Notes: generated by a model from the sequence alone, not told the origin. Positions 9,043 through 19,712 are shown, numbered from the stretch's first letter. The stretch: 64,000 nt of DNA from an uncultured Opitutales bacterium (GCA_964577805.1 CAZOAG010000001.1:155033-219032), one strand, 5' to 3'. Translations and numbers: made by a program.

Positions 9043-10020
9043 ATGTCTGCCAAATTGAGTGCCGCCAGAAATTTGTTGATTGCGGAAAGTGATGCTATTA
9101 GGCTTTTATCGGAAAATATTGGTGATGAGTTTGAAAGAGCTGTAGAGATATTATTACGCGATAAGGGGAAGACTGTTGTTTGTGGAATGGGAAAGTCTGG
9201 TCATGTTGCACGGAAGATTGCAGCAACATTTTCTAGCACTGGACACCAAGCAGTGTTTTTGCATCCAGCTGAAGGTGCACATGGAGATTTAGGTGTCTAT
9301 TCTGCCGGTGATACAACAATATTGATTTCCAAAAGCGGGACTACTGATGAAATATTATGTCTGATTCCGACATTAAAAAAGTTCGAGTCTAAAATTATAG
9401 CGATTGTTGGGAACCGGTTATCCCCTATTGCAGAAGCTGCCAATGTTGTTATTGACATTTCTTTTGCTCGTGAAGCGGACCCATTGCAAATTGTTCCCAC
9501 AACAAGTTCTACAGTAAGTCTTGCTGTAGGTGATGCATTGGCGGCAGAATTAATGGCGCGACGGTCATTTACGAAAGATAATTTTGCTGTTTTTCATCCC
9601 GCTGGCCAATTAGGAAGAAATTTATTATTACGTGTATCTGATGTTATGTCATTTCGGTCGGAGTGTGCTATTGTGACGCCTAATTCTTCTTTGCGTGATG
9701 TTGTTATTGCTATGACTAATTATCCATTGGGTGCTGCATTGGTTCTAGGTGAAGATGGTGCTTTGAACGGTATTATTACAGAAGGCGATATTCGTCGGGC
9801 ATTAACAAACAATATGCAGATTGATGTGGCATTAGCCAAGGATGTGATGACAGCGTCTCCAAAATATGTTTACGATGATGATTTTGTGGGTGATGCTGTA
9901 AAGCTTATGGAGTCTGGAAATTCCCAGATATCCGTCCTCCCGGTCGTATCAAGAAGACAAATTAATGGTCGTAATTGCGCAGTGGGATTATTAAGGTTGC
10001 ATGACACATATCGTCATTAA
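9043..10020 (+). CDS. kpsF: Arabinose-5-phosphate isomerase (KpsF/GutQ; SIS domain + 2 CBS domains), Kdo pathway
   Basis: It carries GMGKSGHVARKIAATFSSTGHQAVFLHPAEGAHGDLG and C-terminal tandem CBS motifs. The ATG at 9043 lies inside the TTG-initiated ORF 9025. Confidence 0.9.
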   Translation: MSAKLSAARNLLIAESDAIRLLSENIGDEFERAVEILLRDKGKTVVCGMGKSGHVARKIAATFSSTGHQAVFLHPAEGAHGDLGVYSAGDTTILISKSGTTDEILCLIPTLKKFESKIIAIVGNRLSPIAEAANVVIDISFAREADPLQIVPTTSSTVSLAVGDALAAELMARRSFTKDNFAVFHPAGQLGRNLLLRVSDVMSFRSECAIVTPNSSLRDVVIAMTNYPLGAALVLGEDGALNGIITEGDIRRALTNNMQIDVALAKDVMTASPKYVYDDDFVGDAVKLMESGNSQISVLPVVSRRQINGRNCAVGLLRLHDTYRH

Positions 10021-10257
10021 TTGTTAATAACTTATGTGCGAGCTTGTTTTAGTGCAGGCTTTTGTTTGATATTGACACATGCAAAACGAGCTTAGTAAAC
10101 TCGCAAGACAAAAGCAACGAACGAGATTATTAACAATTTATGGCATAATCTTAACTATGATCGCATAGATAGAAATATTGCTGAGCATCATACTATAGAA
10201 AAGAGTTATACGTGTCTGCGTAAAAACAAACATCATATTGCTTAAAAACATCGCCCA

Positions 10258-11454
10258 TCAAATCTTTTCTAACACTGCGATGTTTTCTATATGCCTTGTT
10301 TGAGGAAACATATCGACTGGTTGCATTTCCGTTATTTTATATTTTTTTGACAATAGTTTTATATCGCGCGCTTGTGTGTCTGGTGCGCATGAAATATATA
10401 TAATTTTTTTAGGAGAAAATGACAATAATTGATAAATGAATGATTCGCTACATCCTGCTCTTGGTGGATCTATAATTACTGAAGTATAGTTACCAGGGAA
10501 ATTAATGTTTTGGAATATATTTTCTGCTATACCGCTGATAAATTTAGCGTTTGATATATTATTTTGTGTGGCATTATGATTTGCAAATTTTACTGATGTT
10601 TCACTGATTTCAATTCCTATAACTTCTTTAAAATTACGAGCTGAACAAATTCCAAATACCCCTACTCCGCAATATGCATCAATCAAATATGGTGTTCCAT
10701 TTGCAGACTTTATAACGAAATCAATCATGTGTGGAAGTGCATACGGATTGTTTTGAAAAAATTCTCCTGCACAAAATGAAAATTTATATCCACAGACTTC
10801 TGTTGTTACGTATGCTTTATGATCAGTTACGATTTCGCCATCAATATCTCGTATTAACATTGTTCCACCACGTTTCCGTTGAGAACTATTATCTATTATT
10901 TTATTCCTTATATCGTTTAATGATTTATTAATATTTTTTGTTGCTAATGGACAATTTACGACATCGATAATTTGCCGTTTCCCATCTTTTAAAAATCCTA
11001 TTGGTGGTGCTTTTTTTTGGTAGTGAGGTGTTATTTTCGATCTATAGCCATATGGCATATTCCCGTGCAAACACGGATTAATATTTGTTTTTATGCCACC
11101 GATTCGTAACATTATGTCCTCTACATGATGTTGTTTTAATAATAACTGTGACTCATATGTCATATGTTGATATTGACATCCTCCGCACTGCGAAAACAAC
11201 GGACATTGTGGATCTATTCGATCAGGAGATTTTTGTTTTACTTCTACTAAATCTGCTAATGAATAATTTTTGCAATTTTTGTATATTCGTGTGACGACAA
11301 TTTCACCAATACAAACGAATGGTACCATGATTACCCAATTGTTGCATCGGCCAATTCCTAACCCTGTATTTGTAACATCGACTATTGTTAGTTCTATTTC
11401 TTGATGATATTCAAATGGAACTGGTACAAAGTTTTTTGGTGCGATATCTTCCAC
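10258..11454 (-). CDS. 23S rRNA/tRNA (uracil-5)-methyltransferase, RumA/TrmA family with TRAM domain and Fe-S cysteines
   Basis: It has an N-terminal TRAM-like beta domain, the cysteine cluster CPLFSQCGGCQYQH, the SAM fold DAYCGVGVFG, and the IDPPRAGC catalytic region. Confidence 0.85.
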   Translation of the reverse strand: MEDIAPKNFVPVPFEYHQEIELTIVDVTNTGLGIGRCNNWVIMVPFVCIGEIVVTRIYKNCKNYSLADLVEVKQKSPDRIDPQCPLFSQCGGCQYQHMTYESQLLLKQHHVEDIMLRIGGIKTNINPCLHGNMPYGYRSKITPHYQKKAPPIGFLKDGKRQIIDVVNCPLATKNINKSLNDIRNKIIDNSSQRKRGGTMLIRDIDGEIVTDHKAYVTTEVCGYKFSFCAGEFFQNNPYALPHMIDFVIKSANGTPYLIDAYCGVGVFGICSARNFKEVIGIEISETSVKFANHNATQNNISNAKFISGIAENIFQNINFPGNYTSVIIDPPRAGCSESFIYQLLSFSPKKIIYISCAPDTQARDIKLLSKKYKITEMQPVDMFPQTRHIENIAVLEKI

Positions 11455-11589
11455 AAAACAACCCGATAGTTATACTGTACCTCTTTGCAAATGTTTTATG
11501 GAAAAAGCAAGATGTTAATTGTGTGTAAGACGATATTTGTACGATAAAAGTCATTGAAAACACGATTATTTTGTTTTTGATAGAAAACC

Positions 11590-12684
11590 GTGCAAATAAT
11601 TTTTCTTCCAAAAGAAACGTATAAATTTGAACGTCGTGCAGCAGCAACACCACGTTCTGTACAACAATTAAAATCATTAGGATTAAAAATATATGTTCAG
11701 TCAGGAATAGGAAATAATATAGGGATTTCAGATTCTGCATACGTTGCTAGTGGTGCGGAAATTGTTAAATCATTTTCAGAAGGTGCTCAAAATGCTGATA
11801 TTATTATACGTGTCAAATGTTCCTCAGAAGATGACATATTGTGTATGAAGCAAGGATCATTTCATGTTAGTCTTTTCGATGCATCGCATAATGAAAATAT
11901 TTTGAATGTGTTTAAAAAGAACAGTGTGCACGCTATTAGTCTTGAAATGGTTCCTCGGTCAAGTGTGGCACAAAAGTTCGATGTATTGAGCTCACAATCA
12001 AATTTGGCAGGTTATGCTGCTGTTCTCGCGTCTGCTAATCATATTGATAAAATTTTTCCTATGATGATGACGCCGGCAGGAACAGTATCTCCTGTTAATG
12101 TGTTTGTGATAGGTGTTGGAGTTGCTGGATTACAAGCAATTGCAACTGCCAAACGTCTCGGTGCGCGCGTTGAAGCATTTGATACACGTCCTGAGGTAGA
12201 AGAACAAGTGCGATCCGTCGGTGCTAAATTTTTAAAGATTAATATTGGTGAAACGGGGCGTACGGAACAAGGATATGCCAAAGAATTGACGCAAGAACAA
12301 ATTGAAAAGCAACGTGCTGGAATGATTTCTGCATGTAAAAAAGCAGATATTGTTATTACAACTGCTAAAGTTTTTGGCAGAAAAGCTCCTGTATTGATTA
12401 CACAAGAAATGCTAGAAAAAATAACGACAAAGACATTATTTGTTGATATGGCAGTGATGACTGGCGGAAATGTTGAGGGTTCTATTCCAGATAAATGCAT
12501 TGAATATAATAGCAATATTTCGATACTAGGATTGTCCGAGCCAGAACAAGCAGTCGCTGGTACTGCTTCACAATTGTTTGCAGAGAATATGTATAATTTT
12601 ATCAGTCATTTTTATAATAAGACGGAATCGGCTGTTATTTTTGATCGAAATGACGACATCATATCTCGTTGTTTAGTTGCGTAA
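11590..12684 (+). CDS. pntA: NAD(P) transhydrogenase alpha subunit, soluble dI part (PntAA)
   Basis: It carries ERRAAATPRSV, SSQSNLAGYAAV, and MMTPAGTVSPVNVFVIGVGVAGLQAIATAKRLGARVEAFDTRPEV. This pattern matches PntA rather than alanine dehydrogenase. GTG start. Confidence 0.75.
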   Translation: MQIIFLPKETYKFERRAAATPRSVQQLKSLGLKIYVQSGIGNNIGISDSAYVASGAEIVKSFSEGAQNADIIIRVKCSSEDDILCMKQGSFHVSLFDASHNENILNVFKKNSVHAISLEMVPRSSVAQKFDVLSSQSNLAGYAAVLASANHIDKIFPMMMTPAGTVSPVNVFVIGVGVAGLQAIATAKRLGARVEAFDTRPEVEEQVRSVGAKFLKINIGETGRTEQGYAKELTQEQIEKQRAGMISACKKADIVITTAKVFGRKAPVLITQEMLEKITTKTLFVDMAVMTGGNVEGSIPDKCIEYNSNISILGLSEPEQAVAGTASQLFAENMYNFISHFYNKTESAVIFDRNDDIISRCLVA

Positions 12685-12701
12685 AATTTCATAATGTCGT
12701 T

Positions 12702-13301
12702 ATGAAAACATTTTTAATTGCGACAAGGAATCCTGGCAAGCTTGCAGAATTTAGAGCATTGTTGAGTGATTTTGATTGCGAGATTATCTCAACGGCTGAT
12801 ATCGATGTTCCGGAAGTTGATGAGAATGGAGAAACATTTGATGAGAATGCTTTGATGAAAGCACGTTCTGCCAATCTTGTTGTGCAAGATAATGGATATT
12901 ATGTTATTGGAGATGATTCTGGCTTGTGTGTTCATTCATTAAATAACCGGCCTGGAATTTATTCTGCTCGATATGCTCCAAATGGAGATTTTAAACTTGG
13001 GCGTTTGAAATTGCTTCATGAAATAGCTCTTTTAGAATCAGCTGATAGATCGGCGCATTTTACGTGTGCGATTGCGTTAATAGAGCCAAATGGTCGCAGT
13101 AATTCATTCGCTGGAAATGTTTATGGCAGAATTTCATTGGAAGAACGCGGTGAAAATGGCTTTGGTTACGATAGTATTTTTATACCTAATGGATATGAGC
13201 ATACATTTGGTGAGATGGATGCAGATTTTAAGGATACGATATCACATCGTGCAAAAGCATTTGAACAATTAAAAGATTATTTATTAACTAATTGCGATTA
13301 A
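12702..13301 (+). CDS. rdgB: dITP/XTP pyrophosphatase (RdgB/HAM1 family)
   Basis: It begins MKTFLIATRNPGKLAEF and also carries DDSGLCVHSLNNRPGIYSARY, FGYDSIF and SHRAKAF. Confidence 0.9.
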   Translation: MKTFLIATRNPGKLAEFRALLSDFDCEIISTADIDVPEVDENGETFDENALMKARSANLVVQDNGYYVIGDDSGLCVHSLNNRPGIYSARYAPNGDFKLGRLKLLHEIALLESADRSAHFTCAIALIEPNGRSNSFAGNVYGRISLEERGENGFGYDSIFIPNGYEHTFGEMDADFKDTISHRAKAFEQLKDYLLTNCD

Positions 13302-13398
13302 TTGTTCTTCTGTATTCCGGTTTTAAAATTTAGTATTTTTAAGATAAGTTAATAAAAAATTCTTTACAAAGGATCAAAAACTGCATTACTGCAACGAT

Positions 13399-13593
13399 AT
13401 GCAAAAGACAAAAAAGTCTATGATGAAGCGCTTTAAAGTTACGGCCAGCGGAAAATTGATGCATCGTTCTCCTGGTTCGAGACATTTGTTGCGCCATAAA
13501 ACATCACGTCAGTTGCGTGCTGCAGGAAAGGACAAGCAAATGGCCAAAGGAATGGCTGCTCGCGTGATGGCCTGCATTGCAGTTGGTTTGTAA
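13399..13593 (+). CDS. rpmI: 50S ribosomal protein L35
   Basis: This is a 64-aa basic protein with KRFKVTASGKLMHR...RHLL..KTSRQLR. Confidence 0.9.
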   Translation: MQKTKKSMMKRFKVTASGKLMHRSPGSRHLLRHKTSRQLRAAGKDKQMAKGMAARVMACIAVGL

Positions 13594-13675
13594 GCTAGAA
13601 TTTGTTGTCAGTTTGGTGGAGGCGACCAACTGATGGGTGTTAAATTAAAAAAATATATATTAAGGAGAATGTAAC

Positions 13676-14026
13676 ATGCCGAGAGTAACGAATGCTGTTG
13701 CAACGAAAAAGCGTCGCAATAGAGTATTAAAAACTACACGTGGATATTTTGGAAATAAATCACGTTTGTTTAGGTATGCAAAGGATGCCATGTGGAGGGC
13801 TGGAAAATTTGCATATCGCGATAGGAAACGCAAAAAAACAGAGTTTCGTCAGTTATGGATCGTTCGTATAAATGCCGCTTGCAGATCAAATGGTATAGCC
13901 TACAGCCGCTTCATTAATGGATTAAAACGACTTGGTATTGAAATGGACAGACGTTCATTGAGCGAATTGGCGATAAACGATATTTCTGCATTTGTAAAAT
14001 TAGTTGAAAAAGTTAAATCTTTGTAA
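13676..14026 (+). CDS. rplT: 50S ribosomal protein L20
   Basis: It begins MPRVTNAVATKKRRNRVLKTTRGYFG and also has YRDRKRKK..FRQLWIVRINAA. An AAGGAG SD lies upstream. Confidence 0.95.
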   Translation: MPRVTNAVATKKRRNRVLKTTRGYFGNKSRLFRYAKDAMWRAGKFAYRDRKRKKTEFRQLWIVRINAACRSNGIAYSRFINGLKRLGIEMDRRSLSELAINDISAFVKLVEKVKSL

Positions 14027-14055
14027 GATTAATTTAATATAAAGGTTTTTTGCAA

Positions 14056-14090
14056 GGCATGATGGTCGATTTGTCATGTCTTTTTTGTTT
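14056..14090 (+). terminator. Rho-independent terminator after rplT
   Basis: The stem GGCATGA (14056-14062) pairs with TCATGTC (14074-14080), 7 bp including one G-T pair. The loop is 11 nt and is followed by TTTTTTGTTTT. Confidence 0.5.
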
Positions 14091-14892
14091 TGCTATATTT
14101 ATTCGATTTGTGGCTTTTGGTTGTAAAAAGCATGCGCGAATTGCTAGTAATTACAGGATGTGCTATAGAGTATGATAATAAATCGTACAGATAAAAACAA
14201 GATTTGCATGAAAAATTTGTACGACATTAAACAGCATGATGGATCGTATGATTGAACTCGATTGTGTTCAGGTCAACTTTTGGAGATAAATGCTTGCTTT
14301 GAAATAAATTGGATTTAAAAGCTTGAAAAGCAACATTCCGATCTAAAAATTGTATTAGAAGAAGATCATTCGGGGTTTGTTGTTTTCTATAGGACAGATT
14401 AGAAAATCAAGGGATTTTTGCTGAATTGTTTTTTATTTAAAAAAGAATGTCATGTATTTTTGTTGTAGCAACATGTGGCATTTTGGAACGAATGACACAA
14501 TTGCCATATGCAAAAACTGATATGGCGCATGGTATATTTAAATCGCTAAATATGGCAATTTTGAAGTTTCTGATTTGTCAGATGATGAAAATGTTAAAGT
14601 GCTTTAAATATAGAAACAGATGCACACAGAAATTAATAAAAGAATGAATGTGAGAAATTATATATTATAATTCCTATAAAATGTAGTGCATAAGCGCAAA
14701 ACGTATTTAGCAATCAAACACGCAAGAAATTTTTTAAGTTTTTAGTTTTGTAAATTTTTTGAATTAAAATTTTCAATTGTCCAAAAGGCCAAAGGGTGTG
14801 ATATAAAACATTTTTAGCGAAATTCTTGGATATAGATTTTCTTTATAACGAGCCTTTGTGAGGAGACTTACAAAAATAGAAGGAGTTTTTTT

Positions 14893-15912
14893 CTACATAG
14901 CCAACCGTTTATTGCCAGGTACTAAATAATTTTGTACATAGTCTGTAACTGCATCATGAAGTTTCGTCGTTTCTTTTTCGTAGCCAATAGATCGTAACTT
15001 TGAAATGTCAGCACATGTATAATATTGATATTTGCCGATTAATTCTGATGGCATGTCGATGAAATCAATATTGGCTGGTTTGTTTAATGTTTCGAAAATT
15101 GGTGATATCAATTGTTTCCATGTTGAAGCGATGCCAGACCCGAGATTATAGACACCGTAGGTTGTAAAATTCCCTATCCTATCATCAACTTCTCCTAAGA
15201 AAATTGTCATGTCGACGGCATCTTTTACATAAAGAAAATCACGCATTTGTTCACCATCTTTGTACGATGGATGATTACTTTTAAATAGTTCAACTCGTCC
15301 TGTTGCAGAAATTTTTTCATAAGCTTTAAGGACCATGCTGCGCATATTGCCTTTGTGGTATTCGTTTGGACCAAAAACATTAAAATACTTCATTCCATGA
15401 ACGTGAAGGTTGTTTTTTGCAGCATATATATCGAAAAGATGTTTTGAATATCCATACATGTTTAATGGGCGCAATGACAAATTTGGATGTGGAATGTCGG
15501 ACATTCCATTTTTTCCATTTCCGTATGTTGCAGCTGATGAGGCGTAAACAAATCTGATGGCATTATCATGTGCAAAATGTGCAAGTGATTTCGTGTATTC
15601 GTAATTGTTTCGTATGAGATAGTTGGCGTCTTTTTCTGTTGTTGATGAACATGCTCCAAGATGGAAAATACACCCTATTTCGTTGGAAAAATTTCTGTCA
15701 GTCTTGATTTTTGTTAGCAGATCATCAGCTTCAATGTAATCATCAAAGTTCAATCCGACTAGATTTAAATACCGGTCATCTGTCGATAATCTATCTGATA
15801 CGATGATTTTATCATATCCACGTTGATTCAATTCATAGATCAATGCGCTGCCGATGAACCCAGCACCACCAGTGACTAAAACTTTTTTGCCAGAAGATAG
15901 ACGAGTTGACAT
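14893..15912 (-). CDS. hldD: ADP-L-glycero-D-manno-heptose 6-epimerase
   Basis: It has VTGGAGFIGS, HLGACSSTTE, ASSAATYG, the YGYSK catalytic motif and FNVFGPNEYHKGNMRSMV. From memory it is co-linear with E. coli HldD. The start is chosen at MSTRLSSGKKVLVTGG. Confidence 0.88.
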   Translation of the reverse strand: MSTRLSSGKKVLVTGGAGFIGSALIYELNQRGYDKIIVSDRLSTDDRYLNLVGLNFDDYIEADDLLTKIKTDRNFSNEIGCIFHLGACSSTTEKDANYLIRNNYEYTKSLAHFAHDNAIRFVYASSAATYGNGKNGMSDIPHPNLSLRPLNMYGYSKHLFDIYAAKNNLHVHGMKYFNVFGPNEYHKGNMRSMVLKAYEKISATGRVELFKSNHPSYKDGEQMRDFLYVKDAVDMTIFLGEVDDRIGNFTTYGVYNLGSGIASTWKQLISPIFETLNKPANIDFIDMPSELIGKYQYYTCADISKLRSIGYEKETTKLHDAVTDYVQNYLVPGNKRLAM

Positions 15913-16231
15913 AACAAGTAAAACAGATAGTCTTAGCCGACTTTGTAGCAATATTTTTTATGTTTTTAATATTAAAAATATAGGTGTTGAAGAATGTTTA
16001 TATAGTTGAAGTTTCTAATAATCATTTCTGAGATGATTTTGTCATAAACGTAGTTTGTTTTTCTGAAAATTTGATTAGATTACACCTAGTATCCGTGAGT
16101 TTTTACTGAAAAATTCCCAAGCTACTGTCTTTGGCAGGCGGCGAAACATGTATTTCTCAAAAAAGCATCGCGACTCATCACTGCACACAAATCGATATTT
16201 CGTACTATTTATTGATGACAAAAACAAAAAA

Positions 16232-16309
16232 TGGGGTGGCAGACCGGGTTCGAACCGGCGACCCTCGGAACCACAATCCGATGCTCTAACCAACTGAGCT
16301 ACAGCCACC
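16232..16309 (-). tRNA. tRNA-His (anticodon GTG) with extra 5' G(-1) and encoded CCA
   Basis: The reverse complement folds as a cloverleaf: GGTGGCTG TA GCTC AGTTGGTT AGAGC A TCGGA TTGTGGT TCCGA GGGTC GCCGG TTCGAAC CCGGT CTGCCAC C CCA. The anticodon loop is TT-GTG-GT. Confidence 0.93.
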
Positions 16310-16398
16310 AACCAAAAGTTTAAAAATCAAACACGCAAAAGTCGCCGACGAAAGAAAAATTTTCTAAGCCACAGAGCAAAATCGAAATGTAGCAAGAC

Positions 16399-16650
16399 TT
16401 ATTCCTCTATCGCTCCAACAGCGACTTTACCGTGCTTACCGTCCCACTGCACAATTCCGTCAGTCAGTGCAAACAACGTGTGATCACGACCGCATCCAAC
16501 GTTCTTTCCTGGATGCACTTTTGTCCCGCGTTGACGAACCAAAATTGTTCCTGCGCGCACAGTTTCTCCATCGTATTTTTTCACACCGAGGCGTTGTCCT
16601 GCGCTGTCTCGACCGTTTCTAGAAGTTCCCTGCCCTTTTTTATGTGCCAT
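16399..16650 (-). CDS. rpmA: 50S ribosomal protein L27
   Basis: It begins [29 protein letters not shown] and also has [13 protein letters not shown]. Confidence 0.95.
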   Translation of the reverse strand: MAHKKGQGTSRNGRDSAGQRLGVKKYDGETVRAGTILVRQRGTKVHPGKNVGCGRDHTLFALTDGIVQWDGKHGKVAVGAIEE

Positions 16651-16668
16651 AACAATTAACCTCCGAGA

Positions 16669-16983
16669 TTATCCCTGTACAGATTCAATTTTAATTACAG
16701 AAAGCTCCTGACGATGACCGCGCTTACGCTGATATCCCTTGCGTCGTTTCTTTTTGAATATAACAACTTTTTTCGCGCGTTTATTTTCTAAAACTCTTGC
16801 TTTTACAGATGCACCGTCAACCAAAGGTGTCCCTATTTTAGCGTCGTCACCTTCGCCGAGTAATAAAATATCATTAATAATGACTTCGTCTCCGGCAGAT
16901 GTATTCGGATAGCGATCGACGAACAAGATATCGCCTTCTTGCACTGTAAATTGCTTGCCTTGCGTTCTTATAACTGCCTTCAT
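16669..16983 (-). CDS. rplU: 50S ribosomal protein L21
   Basis: It begins [18 protein letters not shown] and also has [14 protein letters not shown]. The start is placed at the second Met of ORF 16669..17016. Confidence 0.9.
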   Translation of the reverse strand: MKAVIRTQGKQFTVQEGDILFVDRYPNTSAGDEVIINDILLLGEGDDAKIGTPLVDGASVKARVLENKRAKKVVIFKKKRRKGYQRKRGHRQELSVIKIESVQG

Positions 16984-17192
16984 ACGATAGTCCGCAATAA
17001 ACCTACTAAAATTCAAAAATCAAGTCTTTTTTTATATGTTTCGAAAAAGAGTATAATACAATAAACGGCTATTATGTTTTTATGCGCATTAACGATGATA
17101 ATAATGTTGCTCTTGCGCTACATTATTAAGTTTTTGATGGTGCAAAATTTTGTTGTTGTCATGTCGTTGTGTTGACGTATGGTAAGGTCGAA

Positions 17193-19712
17193 ATGCAAAT
17201 AGCAGAGTCCCTAACGCCTATGATGCAACAATATTTCGAAATTCGTGGCACGTTGCCGCCACGTACTTTGCTATTTTTTCGGCTTGGAGACTTTTATGAA
17301 TTGTTCAATGATGATGCTAAAATTGCTGCACGGTTGCTGGGTATTACGTTAACACACCGTGGATCTGCTCCAATGGCTGGAGTCCCATATCATTCAGTAA
17401 CATCATACATTAATAAACTGTTGGGATTTGGATACAAAATAGCGATATGCGATCAAAATGAAGTTCCAAAACCTGGAAAACTTGTAAAACGTTCATTAAC
17501 AAGGATATTAACACCAGGAACAGCTATAGATGAGCAGCAAATAGATGCTGTCAAAAATCAGTATATGTTGGCTTTGGCGATATCAAAGCATGGGTTGTCT
17601 ATGGCGTGGTTGGAAGCATCAACAGGAGATTTTCAAGCGGCTACAAATATCGATCCAACAAAATTATTGCCAGTAGCGTTTGCTATTCATCCGTCAGAAA
17701 TAATTATTCCTGAAAATAATAAAACAGCATGGTCACGCTTGCCTACAAATGTTCAAGAATCCCTTAATGAATTAATCTCAAATCATCTTGTGTCAGAGTT
17801 GCCAGACTTTTATTTTGATCAACATCATGGCGCAGATATTTTGCGTGAAGGGTTGCATGTTCTTCATTTTGATGGGTTTGGATTTAATCGATCTGATTAT
17901 CCTGCATTAGGTCCTGCCGGCGCTTTATTTCATTATGCTGAAGAAAATTTTCGGCAACGTCCAAAAAATATAACAAAAGTAACTTTATATCGTCCGCAGG
18001 AACATATGCAGATTGATCAATCAACTATGCGGAATCTGGAAATATTTTATAATGTTACAGGGCAACGTGCAGGATCATTATTGCAATCCATTAATGGTGC
18101 GGTAACTCCTTCTGGTGCTCGACAGCTCGAACTGTTTCTTATGGAACCATGTTTGGATCGTTCGATAATATTGAGCAGACAGAATACAGTACGTGCGTTT
18201 GTTGAGCAATGTTCTCTTCGTGAGCAAGTAATTAGTTTATTAAAAGAGACCAGTGATATTGCCAGAATATTGACACGTATGCAAAATCGCATGCGTAATC
18301 CGAGAGAATTGCGAGCAATACAAATAACATTATCGCAAATACCAACCTTGAAACAATTATTGGAGGAAAGTCATGTTATAGAACTGCAACGATTGTCAGG
18401 GATGTTGTCGTCGTGTGAAGACATATCTTCAGTGCTGAAAGAGGCATTATCTGATGTTTTGCCGACAGATATTACTGAAGGTGGTGCAATCAAAGCAGGA
18501 TATGATACTCAACTTGATGAGTGGCGTGATTTGTCAACAAATGCTAAAGAATGGATAAATTCGTTCGAATGTTCTGAACAAGCACGAACTGGTATTAAAA
18601 GTCTAAAAGTAAAATATAACAATACATTTGGGTATTTTATCGAAGTTACAAAATCTAATCTACATCTTGTGCCAGATGATTACGTTAGGCGACAAACCAC
18701 CGTAAATGGTGAACGTTATATTACGGAGGCGTTAAGAAAAAAAGAGACTGAAATTTTTCAGTCACAGTCGCTAGCGATTGAACGTGAAATATTGATTTTT
18801 AATGATCTTATAGAACGTGTGTTGTCTAATTTTGATGCATTAGCTCAAAATGCTAAAGTATTGGCAGAATTAGATGTTTATGTTGGTTGGGGAATTATAT
18901 CCAAAAAGCATAATTATTGTTGTCCTAAATTTACTGATGAAGATTGTTTGGTGATTAAAGACGGAAGACATCCTGTTGTTGAGCAGCAAATTGGCAATGG
19001 GTTTTCTGGGTTTGTTCCAAATGGTGTAGATTTGCAGAATGATGATAATCAAATTGCATTGATTACCGGACCAAATATGGCTGGAAAATCTACTTATATT
19101 CGACAAGTTGCATTGATAGCAATATTGGCGCATATTGGGTGTTGGGTACCGGCACGTTCTTGTAAATTATCAATTATTGATCGTGTGTTTTCTAGAATAG
19201 GATCTGGAGATGATTTATCTCGTGGGCGTTCTACATTCATGATGGAAATGTCAGAAACAGCGAATATTTTGCACCATGCGACTAGCGCAAGTCTTGTCAT
19301 TTTGGATGAAGTTGGTCGTGGAACTAGCACATACGATGGACTAAGTATTGCGTGGGCGGTTGTAGAATATTTGCACGGCAAATGTGATTGTGGACCAAAA
19401 ACGTTGTTTGCCACGCATTACCATGAATTAACAAGATTGGCGCAAACATTGCCTCGTCTGAAAAATTTTCAAATGGAAATTACTGAATGCAATAACGATG
19501 TCGTGTTTTTGCGAAAAGTAATTCCTGGAGCAGCGGATAAATCGTACGGGATCCATGTTGCACAATTGGCTGGAATGCCACGCGACGTGATTGTACGTGC
19601 TGGTTCAATTTTAAAAGAATTAGAAGAAGAAGGCACTGTTTTTGCAAAAAAAATTCGACACAATAAACAATATTGTGCCGCTGATGATTCATTTCAAATC
19701 GCGTTATTTTAG
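17193..19712 (+). CDS. mutS: DNA mismatch repair protein MutS
   Basis: It has TPMMQQYFEIRG, FFRLGDFYELF, Walker A GPNMAGKSTYIRQ, STFMMEMSE, DEVGRGTSTYDG and FATHYHEL. Confidence 0.95.
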   Translation: MQIAESLTPMMQQYFEIRGTLPPRTLLFFRLGDFYELFNDDAKIAARLLGITLTHRGSAPMAGVPYHSVTSYINKLLGFGYKIAICDQNEVPKPGKLVKRSLTRILTPGTAIDEQQIDAVKNQYMLALAISKHGLSMAWLEASTGDFQAATNIDPTKLLPVAFAIHPSEIIIPENNKTAWSRLPTNVQESLNELISNHLVSELPDFYFDQHHGADILREGLHVLHFDGFGFNRSDYPALGPAGALFHYAEENFRQRPKNITKVTLYRPQEHMQIDQSTMRNLEIFYNVTGQRAGSLLQSINGAVTPSGARQLELFLMEPCLDRSIILSRQNTVRAFVEQCSLREQVISLLKETSDIARILTRMQNRMRNPRELRAIQITLSQIPTLKQLLEESHVIELQRLSGMLSSCEDISSVLKEALSDVLPTDITEGGAIKAGYDTQLDEWRDLSTNAKEWINSFECSEQARTGIKSLKVKYNNTFGYFIEVTKSNLHLVPDDYVRRQTTVNGERYITEALRKKETEIFQSQSLAIEREILIFNDLIERVLSNFDALAQNAKVLAELDVYVGWGIISKKHNYCCPKFTDEDCLVIKDGRHPVVEQQIGNGFSGFVPNGVDLQNDDNQIALITGPNMAGKSTYIRQVALIAILAHIGCWVPARSCKLSIIDRVFSRIGSGDDLSRGRSTFMMEMSETANILHHATSASLVILDEVGRGTSTYDGLSIAWAVVEYLHGKCDCGPKTLFATHYHELTRLAQTLPRLKNFQMEITECNNDVVFLRKVIPGAADKSYGIHVAQLAGMPRDVIVRAGSILKELEEEGTVFAKKIRHNKQYCAADDSFQIALF

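Noticed and set aside
14447-14647. 66-aa ORF inside the rplT-hldD spacer.
   Set aside because: It has no SD, a Cys/Met/Lys-rich composition and no motif, so it is most likely chance. The spacer itself is reported as a finding instead.
16075-16311. 78-aa ORF on the minus strand (MVAVAQLVRASDCGSEGRRFEPG...).
   Set aside because: It is simply the translation of the tRNA-His gene and its flank. The Gly/Arg/Glu/Pro-rich stretch comes from the GC-rich tRNA. It is not a protein gene.
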